Of a stretch of 64,000 bases of DNA, positions 22,803 to 33,037 are shown one piece after another. The stretch is from Syntrophales bacterium (lineage in GTDB: Bacteria; Desulfobacterota; Syntrophia; Syntrophales; UBA2210), in contig CAXXNF010000002.1 in the NCBI GenBank assembly GCA_963666365.2, positions 192,001 to 256,000 on the forward strand, given 5' to 3'. Every line of letters starts with the position of its first letter. Position 1 is the stretch's first letter. The position numbers were made by a program, and so were the translations under genes. Under the pieces are notes generated by a model. That model saw nothing but the letters and a program-made list of their open reading frames with translations. It had not been told where the DNA came from and searched no databases.

Positions 22803-24092
22803 TTATGAGGCCGTCGCCAGACCGGGCAGAAAAAGGGCTATTTGAGGAAAGGCCATGAGCAGAATTGTCGCCAGGATCAGGATCAGTAAAAAGGGAACTG
22901 TATGGCCGATAACTTCCAGATAGGGCCGTCTGAAGATAAGCTGTGCCGTGAATATGTCGCAGCCGAAGGGGGGGGTGGCAGAGCCGATGGCGGCCTGCAG
23001 CGTCACCAGGACGCCCAGCAGAATCGGGTCGACGCCCGCGCCTACCACATAGGGCTGAAAGACGGGACTCAAAATGAAGATGGCGACAATCGGATCCACG
23101 AACATGCAGGCGAAGAAATAGACACATACCACGATCGTGATGACCCAGAGCATTGAAGGATCGGCGCCGAAGAGCGGCGGCAGCAGTGTTTCGGGGATCT
23201 GAAGAAACCCGATAAGAAAGGAAAAAGCCTGTCCCGCTCCGACAAGAATGAACACAACGCCGGTAATCACGCCGGTGCGGAGAAAGGCATCGATCATTCG
23301 GTGAAACGTCATTGTTCTGTAAATAAAAGATTCGAGAATGAAGGCATACAAGACCGCAACAGCGGCAGCTTCAGTAGGGCTGAAAATGCCCGCATAGATG
23401 CCGCCCACGATGATGAAGGGAAATCCCATCACCGGGAGACCACGGTGCACCGCCGACAATCGTTCGGACCAGGTTGCCCTGGGAAGTGTGGGGATTCTTT
23501 TTATTTTGGAATATACATAGCAGTAGAGGGAAAACAAAAACAGGATCATCAACCCGGGGATAACGCCGGCCAGGAACAGTGTTCCAATGGAAGTGTTCGT
23601 GGCCACACCGTAGACGATGAACCCAATGCTCGGAGGGATCAGAAAAGCGATATCGCTTGCATTGATGATCAAACCCAGTGTGAAGGGGCTTTTATAGCCC
23701 GCCTCCAGAAGCATTGGACGCATGGCGCCGCCGATTGCCGCGACGGTTGCTTGTGTGGAGCCGGATACCGCACCAAAAAGAGTGCAACTGGCATTAGTGG
23801 TGATGGCCAGTCCGCCCGGCAGATGCCCCACGAACATTTTAAGCATTGCGATCAGGCGATTGGCCGATTTCCCGGAAGTGATAATCGCGGCCGAAAGGAT
23901 GAACATGGGCACGCACACCAGTGCCGGCTGCGTGATGCCGGTGAGCGCCTGCTGTACTATGGCGATGATCATAGCCGGGGCCATATCGGGCATGTAAAGT
24001 GCGAGATACAGGAGGATCGATCCCAAAAGAGTGACCATAAAGGGAAAGCCGAAAAGGAGCATGGCGGCAAGGGAAAGGCCGAATAGTTTCAT
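22803..24092 (-). CDS. TRAP transporter large permease (DctM)
   Basis: FGAVSGS, LIPPSIGFIVYG, GIFSPTEAA, TPPFG; highly hydrophobic. Confidence 0.95.
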   Translation of the reverse strand: MKLFGLSLAAMLLFGFPFMVTLLGSILLYLALYMPDMAPAMIIAIVQQALTGITQPALVCVPMFILSAAIITSGKSANRLIAMLKMFVGHLPGGLAITTNASCTLFGAVSGSTQATVAAIGGAMRPMLLEAGYKSPFTLGLIINASDIAFLIPPSIGFIVYGVATNTSIGTLFLAGVIPGLMILFLFSLYCYVYSKIKRIPTLPRATWSERLSAVHRGLPVMGFPFIIVGGIYAGIFSPTEAAAVAVLYAFILESFIYRTMTFHRMIDAFLRTGVITGVVFILVGAGQAFSFLIGFLQIPETLLPPLFGADPSMLWVITIVVCVYFFACMFVDPIVAIFILSPVFQPYVVGAGVDPILLGVLVTLQAAIGSATPPFGCDIFTAQLIFRRPYLEVIGHTVPFLLILILATILLMAFPQIALFLPGLATAS

Positions 24093-24673
24093 GGGCTGTC
24101 CCCTGTGATGATTTCATCTTCGTATTCACTCTTCTGATCCGGTGACTGCCAGGGATCCGGTTCAATAAAGTTTTTGATGATGGTACGGATGTATTGAATG
24201 CAGGCCAGGGCAAACCCTGTGGGAATGATGAGGTAAAAAGTCCATTTCGGCAGCCGCAGCGCCGGCGTCAAATGACCCATGGATCTGGCGTTTATAAGAT
24301 ATTCCCATGAGGCCCAGGCCATCACTGCCATCACCGAGGCGCTGACGAGCGATATTATGATGATACATATTTTTTCCAATGCCGGCGGCATGGCATCAAG
24401 AAAGGCGCCCATGCGTATATGGCGGGCCTTGCGGACGCCATAGCTCACACCCGTGAAGGTCAGGAGGATAACAAGAAATGTGGATACTTCTTCTGCGTAG
24501 TAAATGCTCTGAAAAAAGGTGCGGGCAAAGACATTGGCAATTAACAAAAGGGCCAGCGCGGCGACACAGAAGACCAGAACGGCGACCTCGACGGCGTTGA
24601 CTATTGTGCCGAAGATGCGGTTAAGAGTGTGGAGTCGCCGGAATTTTTCGCTGTGGTCGCTGTCTGCCTTCAT
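24089..24673 (-). CDS. TRAP transporter small permease (DctQ)
   Basis: NVFAR...AEEVS...HIRM; four TM helices. Confidence 0.92.
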   Translation of the reverse strand: MKADSDHSEKFRRLHTLNRIFGTIVNAVEVAVLVFCVAALALLLIANVFARTFFQSIYYAEEVSTFLVILLTFTGVSYGVRKARHIRMGAFLDAMPPALEKICIIIISLVSASVMAVMAWASWEYLINARSMGHLTPALRLPKWTFYLIIPTGFALACIQYIRTIIKNFIEPDPWQSPDQKSEYEDEIITGDSP

Positions 24674-24693
24674 AACGATAGGTAGTGTGTCCG

Positions 24694-25743
24694 TTAGTTG
24701 ATGCTGAGCGCCTTTTTGGCGTTCGCGATATCTTTCAGAAGGGCCTTCAGAATGTTCTCTGCACTTTCTCCCCCAATCTCGCCATACAGTGGGTAGACAC
24801 TCTGAGCCCGCGTCTTGAAGGGGGTGAGGGCATCTTCGTCAAGTACGCGAAATGTCAGTGAGGGTTTCGACGCTTTCATTTTTTTCATATCCGAGAGGTT
24901 GCGTTCATGAATCCATTCCCCTGCGGGTATAATTGCGTCTATCCAGAATCGCCGGATCTCCTCACGGGTCTCTTCGGGCAATCCGTCGAAGAATGTCTGG
25001 TTGACCGTGGGGATGCTTATAAACGGCTCATTTCGGAGTTGTGCGAAGTAGTCCTGCACCTCGTAAAATTTCATGCTGAAGGCGGCAAACAGGGGGTTGA
25101 CCTGTCCATCGATCAATCCCATCTGGAGCCCGCTATAGACCTCGCCATATGACATGGGTGTGGGGCTGGCGCCGTAAGCCCTGTAATTTTCAACCAGCAT
25201 TTTGGATGACATCAATCGTAATTTGACATTCTCCATGTCTTCGAGAGAGTTGATCGCTTTTTTCGCACTTACCCATTGCCAGCCTTCAAACATAATTGAC
25301 AGGGGGACCAGGCCTTTTTTACGGAATGCTTCTTCCAGAAGTGGTAAAAATCGGCCTTTTCTGGCCATCCAATCGAGTATTTCCGGCACCTTTCCGGAGG
25401 GAAACAGGTAGTGCAGTGCCAGAGCCTGAGCTTGGGGCACGAATGAACTTATCCAGGCATGATCAGAAAAGACAAACTGCACTACGCCCATCTGGGCGAG
25501 CTCATTGATGTCTCCCGATGCCCCCAGTGTGCCGTAGGGATAGACGGCGATGCGTATTTTGCCGTCGGACCATTTTTCCATATGGGCAGAAAAGCGTCGT
25601 CCCCAGACCGTCATAAAATCCCCTTCGATTTCTTCTGAAGCCAGTTTGGCATTGACCTGACCGCCGCGGTAATGTGCGGCCGAAGCGTAATCAAGGGGAA
25701 AAAGCACGAAAAGGGCAATAAAAAAGGTGATCAATTTTTTCAT
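24694..25743 (-). CDS. TRAP substrate-binding protein (DctP), TeaA-like
   Basis: Signal peptide; SEEIEGD, YPYGTLG, KLRLMSS, PTPMSYGEVYSGLQMGLIDGQVNP, FYEVQDY. Confidence 0.9.
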   Translation of the reverse strand: MKKLITFFIALFVLFPLDYASAAHYRGGQVNAKLASEEIEGDFMTVWGRRFSAHMEKWSDGKIRIAVYPYGTLGASGDINELAQMGVVQFVFSDHAWISSFVPQAQALALHYLFPSGKVPEILDWMARKGRFLPLLEEAFRKKGLVPLSIMFEGWQWVSAKKAINSLEDMENVKLRLMSSKMLVENYRAYGASPTPMSYGEVYSGLQMGLIDGQVNPLFAAFSMKFYEVQDYFAQLRNEPFISIPTVNQTFFDGLPEETREEIRRFWIDAIIPAGEWIHERNLSDMKKMKASKPSLTFRVLDEDALTPFKTRAQSVYPLYGEIGGESAENILKALLKDIANAKKALSIN

Positions 25744-26009
25744 GATTCAGCTCATTCAATTAAAAGTTACTTGGTGTTTTTTGTTTGAAGCTCTAAAGGC
25801 ATTAAAAAACTATGAGTCGGTCCCTTAACCGCCTTCGCGCAAAGGGAGCGTTTTGCAGCCTCTTCGAGGTGTTGAGTGAAATGTACATGAAGCCTGCACG
25901 CCATAAGACCCTTTGTGTACCGTATTTGCAAGAGGGTTGTCAAGTGTGCTGTCGAGACGGCCCAATTACGCATGGACAGCATATTTTTTTTGTGATAGAA
26001 ATTCGAGTC

Positions 26010-26858
26010 ATGAATATCACAAACGTGGGAATCATAGCGAACAGCAGGAAAGAGAGCGCCGCACAGGACTCCCGTCGTCTCGGTGAGTGGCTCTCAGTGA
26101 GGGGGATTACCGTACATTTTGACAAGGAAATTGCCGCGCAAATCGGGCAGGAGCCGGGAATTCCTAGACGGGAACTTCCCAAACTTTCCGATATGATCGT
26201 CGTATTCGGCGGCGATGGCACCCTTCTTATGGCAGCCCGGTGTGTACAGGGCTATGACGTTCCCATTTTAGGCGTCAATCTGGGCGCTTTCGGTTTTATG
26301 ACTGTGGTCAATCTGAACGAAATGTTCAGTGCCATGGAGCATATTCTTAAGGGCGACTGTAAGACGACAAAACGTATGATGCTTGATGCATCGATGGCCG
26401 GAAAGGATCTTTCTGCATTAAACGACGTGGTTATCAACCGGGGTAATCTGTCCCGGATGGTAAACCTGGAAACATTTGTGGATGACCAGTACCTTACGAC
26501 CTTCAAGGCTGACGGGCTGATTATATCAACCCCCACCGGTTCGACGGCCTACTCGCTTTCCGCGGGCGGTCCCATCGTGTTTCCCGAACTCAATTCGATG
26601 ATCATTAATCCGATCTGTCCTCATACATTGACGAACAGGCCGATTATGATGCCCCCGGAGGTGACGATACGGGTGGTGCTGTGGACGCAGGAAGAGGGCG
26701 CAACGGTCACACTGGACGGGCAGGATTCCTTTGTGCTCAAATCGGGCGATGCCGTGACGATCCGTAAATCGAATCATTGTGTAAATCTGTTTGAATCGCC
26801 GCACCGGAACTATCTGGAAGTATTGCGCAGTAAACTGGGGTGGGGCGGACTCCCTTAA
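26010..26858 (+). CDS. nadK: NAD+ kinase
   Basis: GGDGT, GVNLGAFGF, LNDVV, DGLIISTPTGSTAYSLSAGGP; start ATG 26010. Confidence 0.96.
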   Translation: MNITNVGIIANSRKESAAQDSRRLGEWLSVRGITVHFDKEIAAQIGQEPGIPRRELPKLSDMIVVFGGDGTLLMAARCVQGYDVPILGVNLGAFGFMTVVNLNEMFSAMEHILKGDCKTTKRMMLDASMAGKDLSALNDVVINRGNLSRMVNLETFVDDQYLTTFKADGLIISTPTGSTAYSLSAGGPIVFPELNSMIINPICPHTLTNRPIMMPPEVTIRVVLWTQEEGATVTLDGQDSFVLKSGDAVTIRKSNHCVNLFESPHRNYLEVLRSKLGWGGLP

Positions 26859-26863
26859 GTGAA

Positions 26864-28549
26864 ATGCTGGCCGAACTCTCTATTAAAAATTTTGCCATCA
26901 TCGATTCTCTTAATGTGACCTTTGCCGATGGTCTGAATGTCATTTCCGGTGAAACAGGTGCGGGAAAATCGATCATTGTCGGTGCCGTGAATCTGCTTTT
27001 AGGGGATCGTGCTTCCAATGAAATGATACGATCATCGGAAGATTCGGCCGTGGTTGAAGCGCGGTTCGTTTTGGAGGAGGGGGAGAAGATAACTGCTTGG
27101 CTTCAGGACATGGGATTCCATGAAGACGGCGATCTTGTGGTAAGAAGGATTATTGCGCGTTCCGGGAAAAACAGGGTCTTTATCAACGGCAACCTTGCCA
27201 CACTGAACATGCTTTCGTCGCTGGGCGAGTTTCTAGTGAATATCTGCAGTCAGCATGCGCACCAGGTGATTCTGCAGACCGACAGGCACATAGACATCCT
27301 CGATGAATTCGGCAACCTCCTGGGCATGAGAAATGAATATGCCGGTCATTTTCATCAGTATCAGGCGCTTAAGGAAAAACGGAATGTGCTTTTGAGGGCG
27401 AACGATGAAAAAAGTCAGAGGGAAGAACTCCTGCGATTCCAGGTTGATGAAATTGAAAAAAGCGATATACAGATAGGAGAAGATGTTGCGCTCAAGGATG
27501 AAAAAAAGATTCTTTCCAGTGCCCAAAAGCTCAGAGAGCATGGGGAAAGCGCCTATCACGTTCTTTACGGGAGGGAGGGATCGCTGCTGGAGGAACTGGA
27601 CGGCATCAGGGAGAAGATTCGAGAAATAAGGGGAGTCGACCAGGGATTTATGGTGAAGGAACAGGATGTGGATTCTCTCTATTTCGGCCTTGAGGATATC
27701 GCATTCGGTCTGAGGGAATATCTCAAGCATATACGGGACGACCAGGGAAGGCTCGAAGAAATTGACGACCGGCTGGAATTGTTGGGAACCCTGAAGCGTA
27801 AGTACGGAACGACGCTGGAAGATGTCCTTCTACGACGGGATGCCATGATGGCGGAACTGGAAGAGATGACTCGCCTGGAGGAAGAGATTGCTCTCTGTGC
27901 ACGAGAGCTGAGTGCGAAGGAAGCCCTTCTGACGGAGATGGCTGAAGGGCTTTCGGACCTTCGGAAAAAGTGGGCTCACACACTGGAGGAGCATGTGGAG
28001 AAAGAAATTCATGAGCTCTGCATGGAAACTACTGCCTTCAAAGTCGTATTTACCTGTGATTCCCATGCAGAAGCCCCTCCCGTGTTTACTGAAAAGGGAA
28101 TTGACGGCATTGAGTTTTATCTTTCCACCAACATCGGTGAAACCTTGAAGCCGCTGCATCGGATTGCGTCGGGCGGAGAGCTCTCAAGAATCGTACTTGC
28201 CCTGAAAAAGGTGCTTGCCACGGCGGGATCGGTGGGAACGGTCATTTTCGACGAAGTGGACAGCGGCATCGGGGGCGCCGCCGCTGAGATGGTGGGATAT
28301 AAGCTGAAGGATGTGGCGAAACATCATCAGGTTATCTGTATTACTCATTTACCGCAAATCGCCTGCTTCGGCGACACCCACTATCTGGTAACCAAGGCGG
28401 TCGCAGGAGGCAGGACGCATACGGAAGTGGCGCCCCTGAATGCATCGGAGCGCCTTGATGAAGTCGCCCGTATGCTGGGAGGGGTGGAAACAACGGAAAC
28501 CACACGCCGGCACGCCGCGGAAATGCTGCAAGGATCACGCCGGAGTTGA
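26864..28549 (+). CDS. recN: DNA repair protein RecN
   Basis: GETGAGKS, coiled coil, ASGGELSR, FDEVDSG, ITHLPQIA. Confidence 0.97.
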   Translation: MLAELSIKNFAIIDSLNVTFADGLNVISGETGAGKSIIVGAVNLLLGDRASNEMIRSSEDSAVVEARFVLEEGEKITAWLQDMGFHEDGDLVVRRIIARSGKNRVFINGNLATLNMLSSLGEFLVNICSQHAHQVILQTDRHIDILDEFGNLLGMRNEYAGHFHQYQALKEKRNVLLRANDEKSQREELLRFQVDEIEKSDIQIGEDVALKDEKKILSSAQKLREHGESAYHVLYGREGSLLEELDGIREKIREIRGVDQGFMVKEQDVDSLYFGLEDIAFGLREYLKHIRDDQGRLEEIDDRLELLGTLKRKYGTTLEDVLLRRDAMMAELEEMTRLEEEIALCARELSAKEALLTEMAEGLSDLRKKWAHTLEEHVEKEIHELCMETTAFKVVFTCDSHAEAPPVFTEKGIDGIEFYLSTNIGETLKPLHRIASGGELSRIVLALKKVLATAGSVGTVIFDEVDSGIGGAAAEMVGYKLKDVAKHHQVICITHLPQIACFGDTHYLVTKAVAGGRTHTEVAPLNASERLDEVARMLGGVETTETTRRHAAEMLQGSRRS

Positions 28550-28577
28550 TGCAATATGATGAAATGGTGGGAGTGAT

Positions 28578-29036
28578 ATGCTGCGAAAGGCCAAAATAAG
28601 CGATGTAAAACGTATTCACCGGATGATTAACGCAGCAGCGGCGCGGGGGGAAATGCTGCCCCGTTCACTTATGGATCTTTATGGGTTCGTGAGAGATTAT
28701 TTCGTATACTGTGCCGATGACGACGCACCCGTGGTCGGTGTCTGCGCCCTCCATATCTTCTGGGAAAATCTTGCCGAGGTCCGATCCCTTTTTGTCGCCG
28801 AAGAGTACCGGAGAAGGGGTATTGCCACGAAATTGGTAGAAGCCTGCATTTCCGAAGCGATCACCCTCGACCTCTATCGCATTTTTACGCTGACAAATCA
28901 GGTTGAATTTTTCAAAAGCCTCGATTTCTGGGAGGTCGATAAGGCCAGCTTGCCCGAAAAAGTATGGTCTGAATGCATCAAATGTCCCAAGTACCCCGAT
29001 TATTGCGATGAAGTTCCCATGGTTATGGAGCCCTGA
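28578..29036 (+). CDS. GNAT acetyltransferase, short ArgA-like (amino-acid N-acetyltransferase)
   Basis: MLPRS, LAEVRSL, RRRGIA, FTLT, LPEKVWSECIKCPK. Confidence 0.85.
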   Translation: MLRKAKISDVKRIHRMINAAAARGEMLPRSLMDLYGFVRDYFVYCADDDAPVVGVCALHIFWENLAEVRSLFVAEEYRRRGIATKLVEACISEAITLDLYRIFTLTNQVEFFKSLDFWEVDKASLPEKVWSECIKCPKYPDYCDEVPMVMEP

Positions 29037-29079
29037 ACGAAAAAGCGGGAACTTTGTCAGGGGCCGCAGCGGGAGGAGT

Positions 29080-30315
29080 ATGATGAATAAGTACAGGCGC
29101 ATCGGTATTCTGTTTTTTTTCGCCCTGTCCATGCTTGGGCTCTTCTGGAGCTGTGCGCCGGTGATGGAGAAGCCGGTGTATGAAAGTGCGGCGCCGGATC
29201 ATCTGGTGCGACTGGTTCAGGAGGAAATACCCCGGGTGGAAGACGATCTCGACGTCGCATCCCTGTTCAGGGCTATCGAACGAAGCCTCGAATACTTCGA
29301 TAGAGTGCCTCAAGACCAGCTTTTCAGATTTGGAAACGATACCTATACCACGGCGGACATGAGGGAGTCCCTGGTCGCATTCCGTGACATTCTTGCCACG
29401 ACCCTCGACAAGGACAGGCTAATGGAGCGTCTGCGAGCACAGTTTCGCGTCTACCAATGCCTCGGTCGCGATGGAGAGGGGGGTGTGCTCTATACGGGAT
29501 ATTACGAACCGGTCCTTGAGGGCTCGAAGTCACGCACTCCGGAATTTTCATATCCGATCTACCGCACTCCCGATGATCATGTGGTGGTTGACCTCGGACG
29601 ATTCCGAAGTAAATACAAGGGCGAGCGCATTATCGCCAGAGTGGACGACGGAAATATTGTACCCTATTACACACGCAGGGACATCGATGTGGTCGGCCAG
29701 CTGGCGGGGAGAGGACTGGAAATTGCCTGGCTGCCCGATCCGGTGGATATTTTTTTTCTTCACATACAGGGTTCTGGAACCATCAGGTTTGTCGATGGAA
29801 GCACAATTCAGGTAAGTTATGCAGAATCCAATGGTCACGCGTACCGAAGCCTGGGCAAGCATCTTGTCGAAGAGGGGAAGATGTCTATCGGAGAAATATC
29901 CCTGGAAGGCATCAAACGATACCTGAGAAGTCATCCCGATGAGATGCTCGATCTCCTTGCCCATAATGAAAGCTATGTTTTTTTCAGAGTTGTCGAAGAA
30001 GGGCCTCGGGGTTCCCTTGATGTACCAGTCACTGCGGGACGTTCCATTGCCACCGATCCCGCCTTTTTTCCGCGGGGTGCGCTGGCGCTTATACGAGTCA
30101 AAAAACCGATCATAAGCGAGGCGGGAGAAATTCATTCATGGGCGCCTTTTACCCGTTTTGTTCTTAATCAGGACGCCGGCGGCGCCATCAAGGGGGCGGG
30201 CAGGGTTGACCTCTTTTGCGGTACAGGCGCAAGGGCCGGAATCATGGCGGGTCACCTCAAGGAGTACGGTGAGCTTTATTTTCTCATGAAAAAGAAAGCC
30301 GCCTCCCGAGAATGA
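29080..30315 (+). CDS. mltA: Membrane-bound lytic murein transglycosylase A (lipoprotein)
   Basis: Lipobox-like FWSC; TGYYEP, FFLHIQGSG, NESYVFF, SIATDP, QDAGGAIKGAGRVDLFCG. Confidence 0.93.
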   Translation: MMNKYRRIGILFFFALSMLGLFWSCAPVMEKPVYESAAPDHLVRLVQEEIPRVEDDLDVASLFRAIERSLEYFDRVPQDQLFRFGNDTYTTADMRESLVAFRDILATTLDKDRLMERLRAQFRVYQCLGRDGEGGVLYTGYYEPVLEGSKSRTPEFSYPIYRTPDDHVVVDLGRFRSKYKGERIIARVDDGNIVPYYTRRDIDVVGQLAGRGLEIAWLPDPVDIFFLHIQGSGTIRFVDGSTIQVSYAESNGHAYRSLGKHLVEEGKMSIGEISLEGIKRYLRSHPDEMLDLLAHNESYVFFRVVEEGPRGSLDVPVTAGRSIATDPAFFPRGALALIRVKKPIISEAGEIHSWAPFTRFVLNQDAGGAIKGAGRVDLFCGTGARAGIMAGHLKEYGELYFLMKKKAASRE

Positions 30316-30337
30316 ATCCCGCTCATTAAAAAAACGC

Positions 30338-30367
30338 TTGACAGTTTCCATGCCTTGTTGTTATAAG
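30338..30367 (+). promoter_or_regulatory. Sigma70-type promoter (TTGACA-18-TATAAG, extended -10)
   Basis: ttgaca gtttccatgccttgttgt tataag, about 310 nt upstream of the SBP gene. Confidence 0.55.
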
Positions 30368-30679
30368 TGAGGCCACATGGGGGTTTCTGAGGATGTAAGG
30401 CGTCCCATTTTCATGCAGTGGGATGAATCACGGGCCATGTCGTGTTTTCACAAAACGGATATCTTGTCACATACACCAGCCACAGGCGGGTTCGCTCTCT
30501 GGGAACGAATCTCACCATTTTTTCTGTGTGGGAATCATTGATAGAAAGAGCTTAGAAAGACGGAAGGGTTTTTGCGTTATCTAAGGGGCCATACAATGCA
30601 CCTGGCCTTATAAGCCTGGTGTGGGCATAAATGTGTAAGGCACTTGTAACCTTTAAAGACACTGCAAAGGAGGGAACCT

Positions 30680-31945
30680 ATGAAAAGCAAGGTGTCGATC
30701 CTGTCTATCGTTCTCGTGATTGTCGGCATGGTCTTGTGTGTCGGCCCCCAGTCGGTGTGTGCGAAAGCGCCCATAAAAATTGGTTTTATCGGCGCCCTTT
30801 CGACACCCTACGGTGCAAGCAACAAAGCAGTTCTTGATATCAGTGTGCAGGAGATCAATGAGGCGGGGGGGATACTGGGACACCCGGTGGAACTGGTCAC
30901 GGAGGACTGGAAACGTGAAGTGCCCCTTGCCGTGGCCGCCTATAAGAAATTGGTGATGAAGGACAAGTGCCTTCTCATATTCACTGAGGGCACCGAGGGA
31001 AGCACCGCCTGTGCGCAGGTGGCGACGCGGCTTTATTCGAGCTATCCCCATCTTCAGTTCACCTTCTGGTCCGCTCATGAGGGTCTTACCGACCTGGTGG
31101 CGAATGATTATGAAAAATATAAGTTTCTCTTTCGCGTCTATCCGAGTACCGCCGATACCTACAATCCAAAACTTGAGTTTATAGAATTCTTCAAGAATAC
31201 CGTTGGCGCCAGAAAGCTTGCCCTGCTGATAGAAGATATCGGATGGACGGAGGTGTACCGCAAAGGAAAACCGGGTGTGTATCCGACGCAGAAGGAATAT
31301 TTTGAGAAAAACGGTATTGAAGTAGTATACGAGCAGAATACCGATATTAAAGAAAAAATGTTCCTGCCGATTCTGGAAAAGGTGGCCGCCAGCGGCGCCG
31401 ATACCATCTACTGGATTACCGGTTACAGCGACACAATTACCATCGTGAAACAGTGGGCCCAATCGGCCGCGAAAGACATGGATTTGATTTTCCAGAGCGG
31501 CGCCTGCAGCTATGCGGCCTTCTGGGATATGACGAGCGGTCAGGCGTTGGGTGTAGGCGCCACATGGCCGCAAATCGAAATTCCCTTTACCGACAAGTCG
31601 CGCCCCTTCTTCGATAAACTGAGGGCAAAGAAGGCCGGAATGCTTGCATCCACCTACGGCGCCTATGACGGACTGTGGATACTCAAAGGAGCGGCGGAAA
31701 AAGCAGGCGGTATCGATAATGTCGATACCCTGATAAAGACCCTTGAAACGATCGAGGTGCAGTATGGATTTTGGGTCTGGGCCTTCGACAAACGGCATGA
31801 ACCGAAAAAGGGATATCCCTACCATCCGACAGTGATAGGTCAGTTCCAGAAAGATGGACGATATGTCCTCGTTCATCCTTCAAAGCTGGTACAGATCACC
31901 AATCCCGATGCAAAATATATGCACGTCAAGGATTTACGCAAATAG
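30680..31945 (+). CDS. ABC transporter substrate-binding protein, LivJ-like
   Basis: Signal peptide; IKIGFIGALS, EINEAGGILG, FLFRV, AYDGLWIL. Confidence 0.88.
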   Translation: MKSKVSILSIVLVIVGMVLCVGPQSVCAKAPIKIGFIGALSTPYGASNKAVLDISVQEINEAGGILGHPVELVTEDWKREVPLAVAAYKKLVMKDKCLLIFTEGTEGSTACAQVATRLYSSYPHLQFTFWSAHEGLTDLVANDYEKYKFLFRVYPSTADTYNPKLEFIEFFKNTVGARKLALLIEDIGWTEVYRKGKPGVYPTQKEYFEKNGIEVVYEQNTDIKEKMFLPILEKVAASGADTIYWITGYSDTITIVKQWAQSAAKDMDLIFQSGACSYAAFWDMTSGQALGVGATWPQIEIPFTDKSRPFFDKLRAKKAGMLASTYGAYDGLWILKGAAEKAGGIDNVDTLIKTLETIEVQYGFWVWAFDKRHEPKKGYPYHPTVIGQFQKDGRYVLVHPSKLVQITNPDAKYMHVKDLRK

Positions 31946-31969
31946 CACATGCACACGACGAAGCCTGCA

Positions 31970-32014
31970 GTGAAGAGGGTGTTGTTTCCGTCAAGGGACG
32001 ATCACCCTCTTCAC
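31970..32014 (+). other. Strong stem-loop between SBP and permease genes
   Basis: gtgaagagggtg / caccctcttcac perfect 12-bp arms, extendable with G-U pairs. Confidence 0.65.
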
Positions 32015-32164
32015 AGGGGACTTCGACATTGATAACATGCCGCGGTGTCCAATGACTCATTCTTCCGCGTTGATGTGAAAATGAACAGTACATGCATTTC
32101 CACCGAAGCGGTTTTCCTGATGTGGTGGTGGAAGCGCACTGCTGCATAAGGGGTGTCAATTACA

Positions 32165-33037
32165 ATGCATGCGATCCAGAGTGTCCTTGTGTACGCCGTG
32201 GTGCTTGGCTCGTTATATCTTCTCATATCACTCGGGTTTTCGTTGATATGTGGTGTCCTCGGCATCTTTAACCTCGGCTATGGCGCAACCTTTCTGGTTG
32301 CCGTGTACGGAATGTGGATGCTGATGGATACCTTCGGATTCGGCGTTATTCCGGCGATTGTCGGCGTGTGTGTGATTCAGTGCGTATTTACGCTTGCCGT
32401 CATATATTACCCCATTGTAAAGCGGTACATGGAGAAAGAAGAGCTGCTTCTTACCTCCCTTCTGCTCGTGTCTTTGATCGTTGAAGAGACGGTCAATCAT
32501 GCCTATCCCGTGACGGCCGGTGTCGACATTCCCACGACGATTCTTTCCGGGACCTGTGAGATCGGAGCGGTGAGCATCCCTTCACAGATGCTTGTCGTGG
32601 TCATTTTTGCCGCACTCATTACCGCATTTTTCGTTGTGTTTCTGACCAGGACAAGGATCGGGTTTAAAATACGTGCGGTAAGCCAGGACCCGGAGGCGGC
32701 CCGGCTCCTAGGTGTAAAGGTTGAAGTCGTCTACGCACTGGCCATGATTCTTTCGGTGCTTCCGCCCACGATTTGCATGCTGGTCATTGCACCCATCTGG
32801 GCGATAGAACCCACTCTGGGCCACTCGTTGCTTCAGACGGCAATCCTCGTGACAATTTTAGGCGGTCTCGGCAATCTGCGGGGAACCGTAATGGCCAGCT
32901 TTATCGTCGGTCTCATTGCCTCGTCCGTTGCATTCTTCACCAACCCCCGGCTTGTAGGGATGGCAATACTGATTATTGTGTTTTTCGTGCTTCTTTTTAA
33001 ACCGCAGGGAATAGCGAAAAGTGAGACATTATGGTGA
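32165..33037 (+). CDS. Branched-chain-type ABC permease (LivH-like)
   Basis: LGFSLICGVLGIFNLGYG, IRAVSQDPEAARLLGV, ILGGLG, KPQGI. Confidence 0.9.
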   Translation: MHAIQSVLVYAVVLGSLYLLISLGFSLICGVLGIFNLGYGATFLVAVYGMWMLMDTFGFGVIPAIVGVCVIQCVFTLAVIYYPIVKRYMEKEELLLTSLLLVSLIVEETVNHAYPVTAGVDIPTTILSGTCEIGAVSIPSQMLVVVIFAALITAFFVVFLTRTRIGFKIRAVSQDPEAARLLGVKVEVVYALAMILSVLPPTICMLVIAPIWAIEPTLGHSLLQTAILVTILGGLGNLRGTVMASFIVGLIASSVAFFTNPRLVGMAILIIVFFVLLFKPQGIAKSETLW

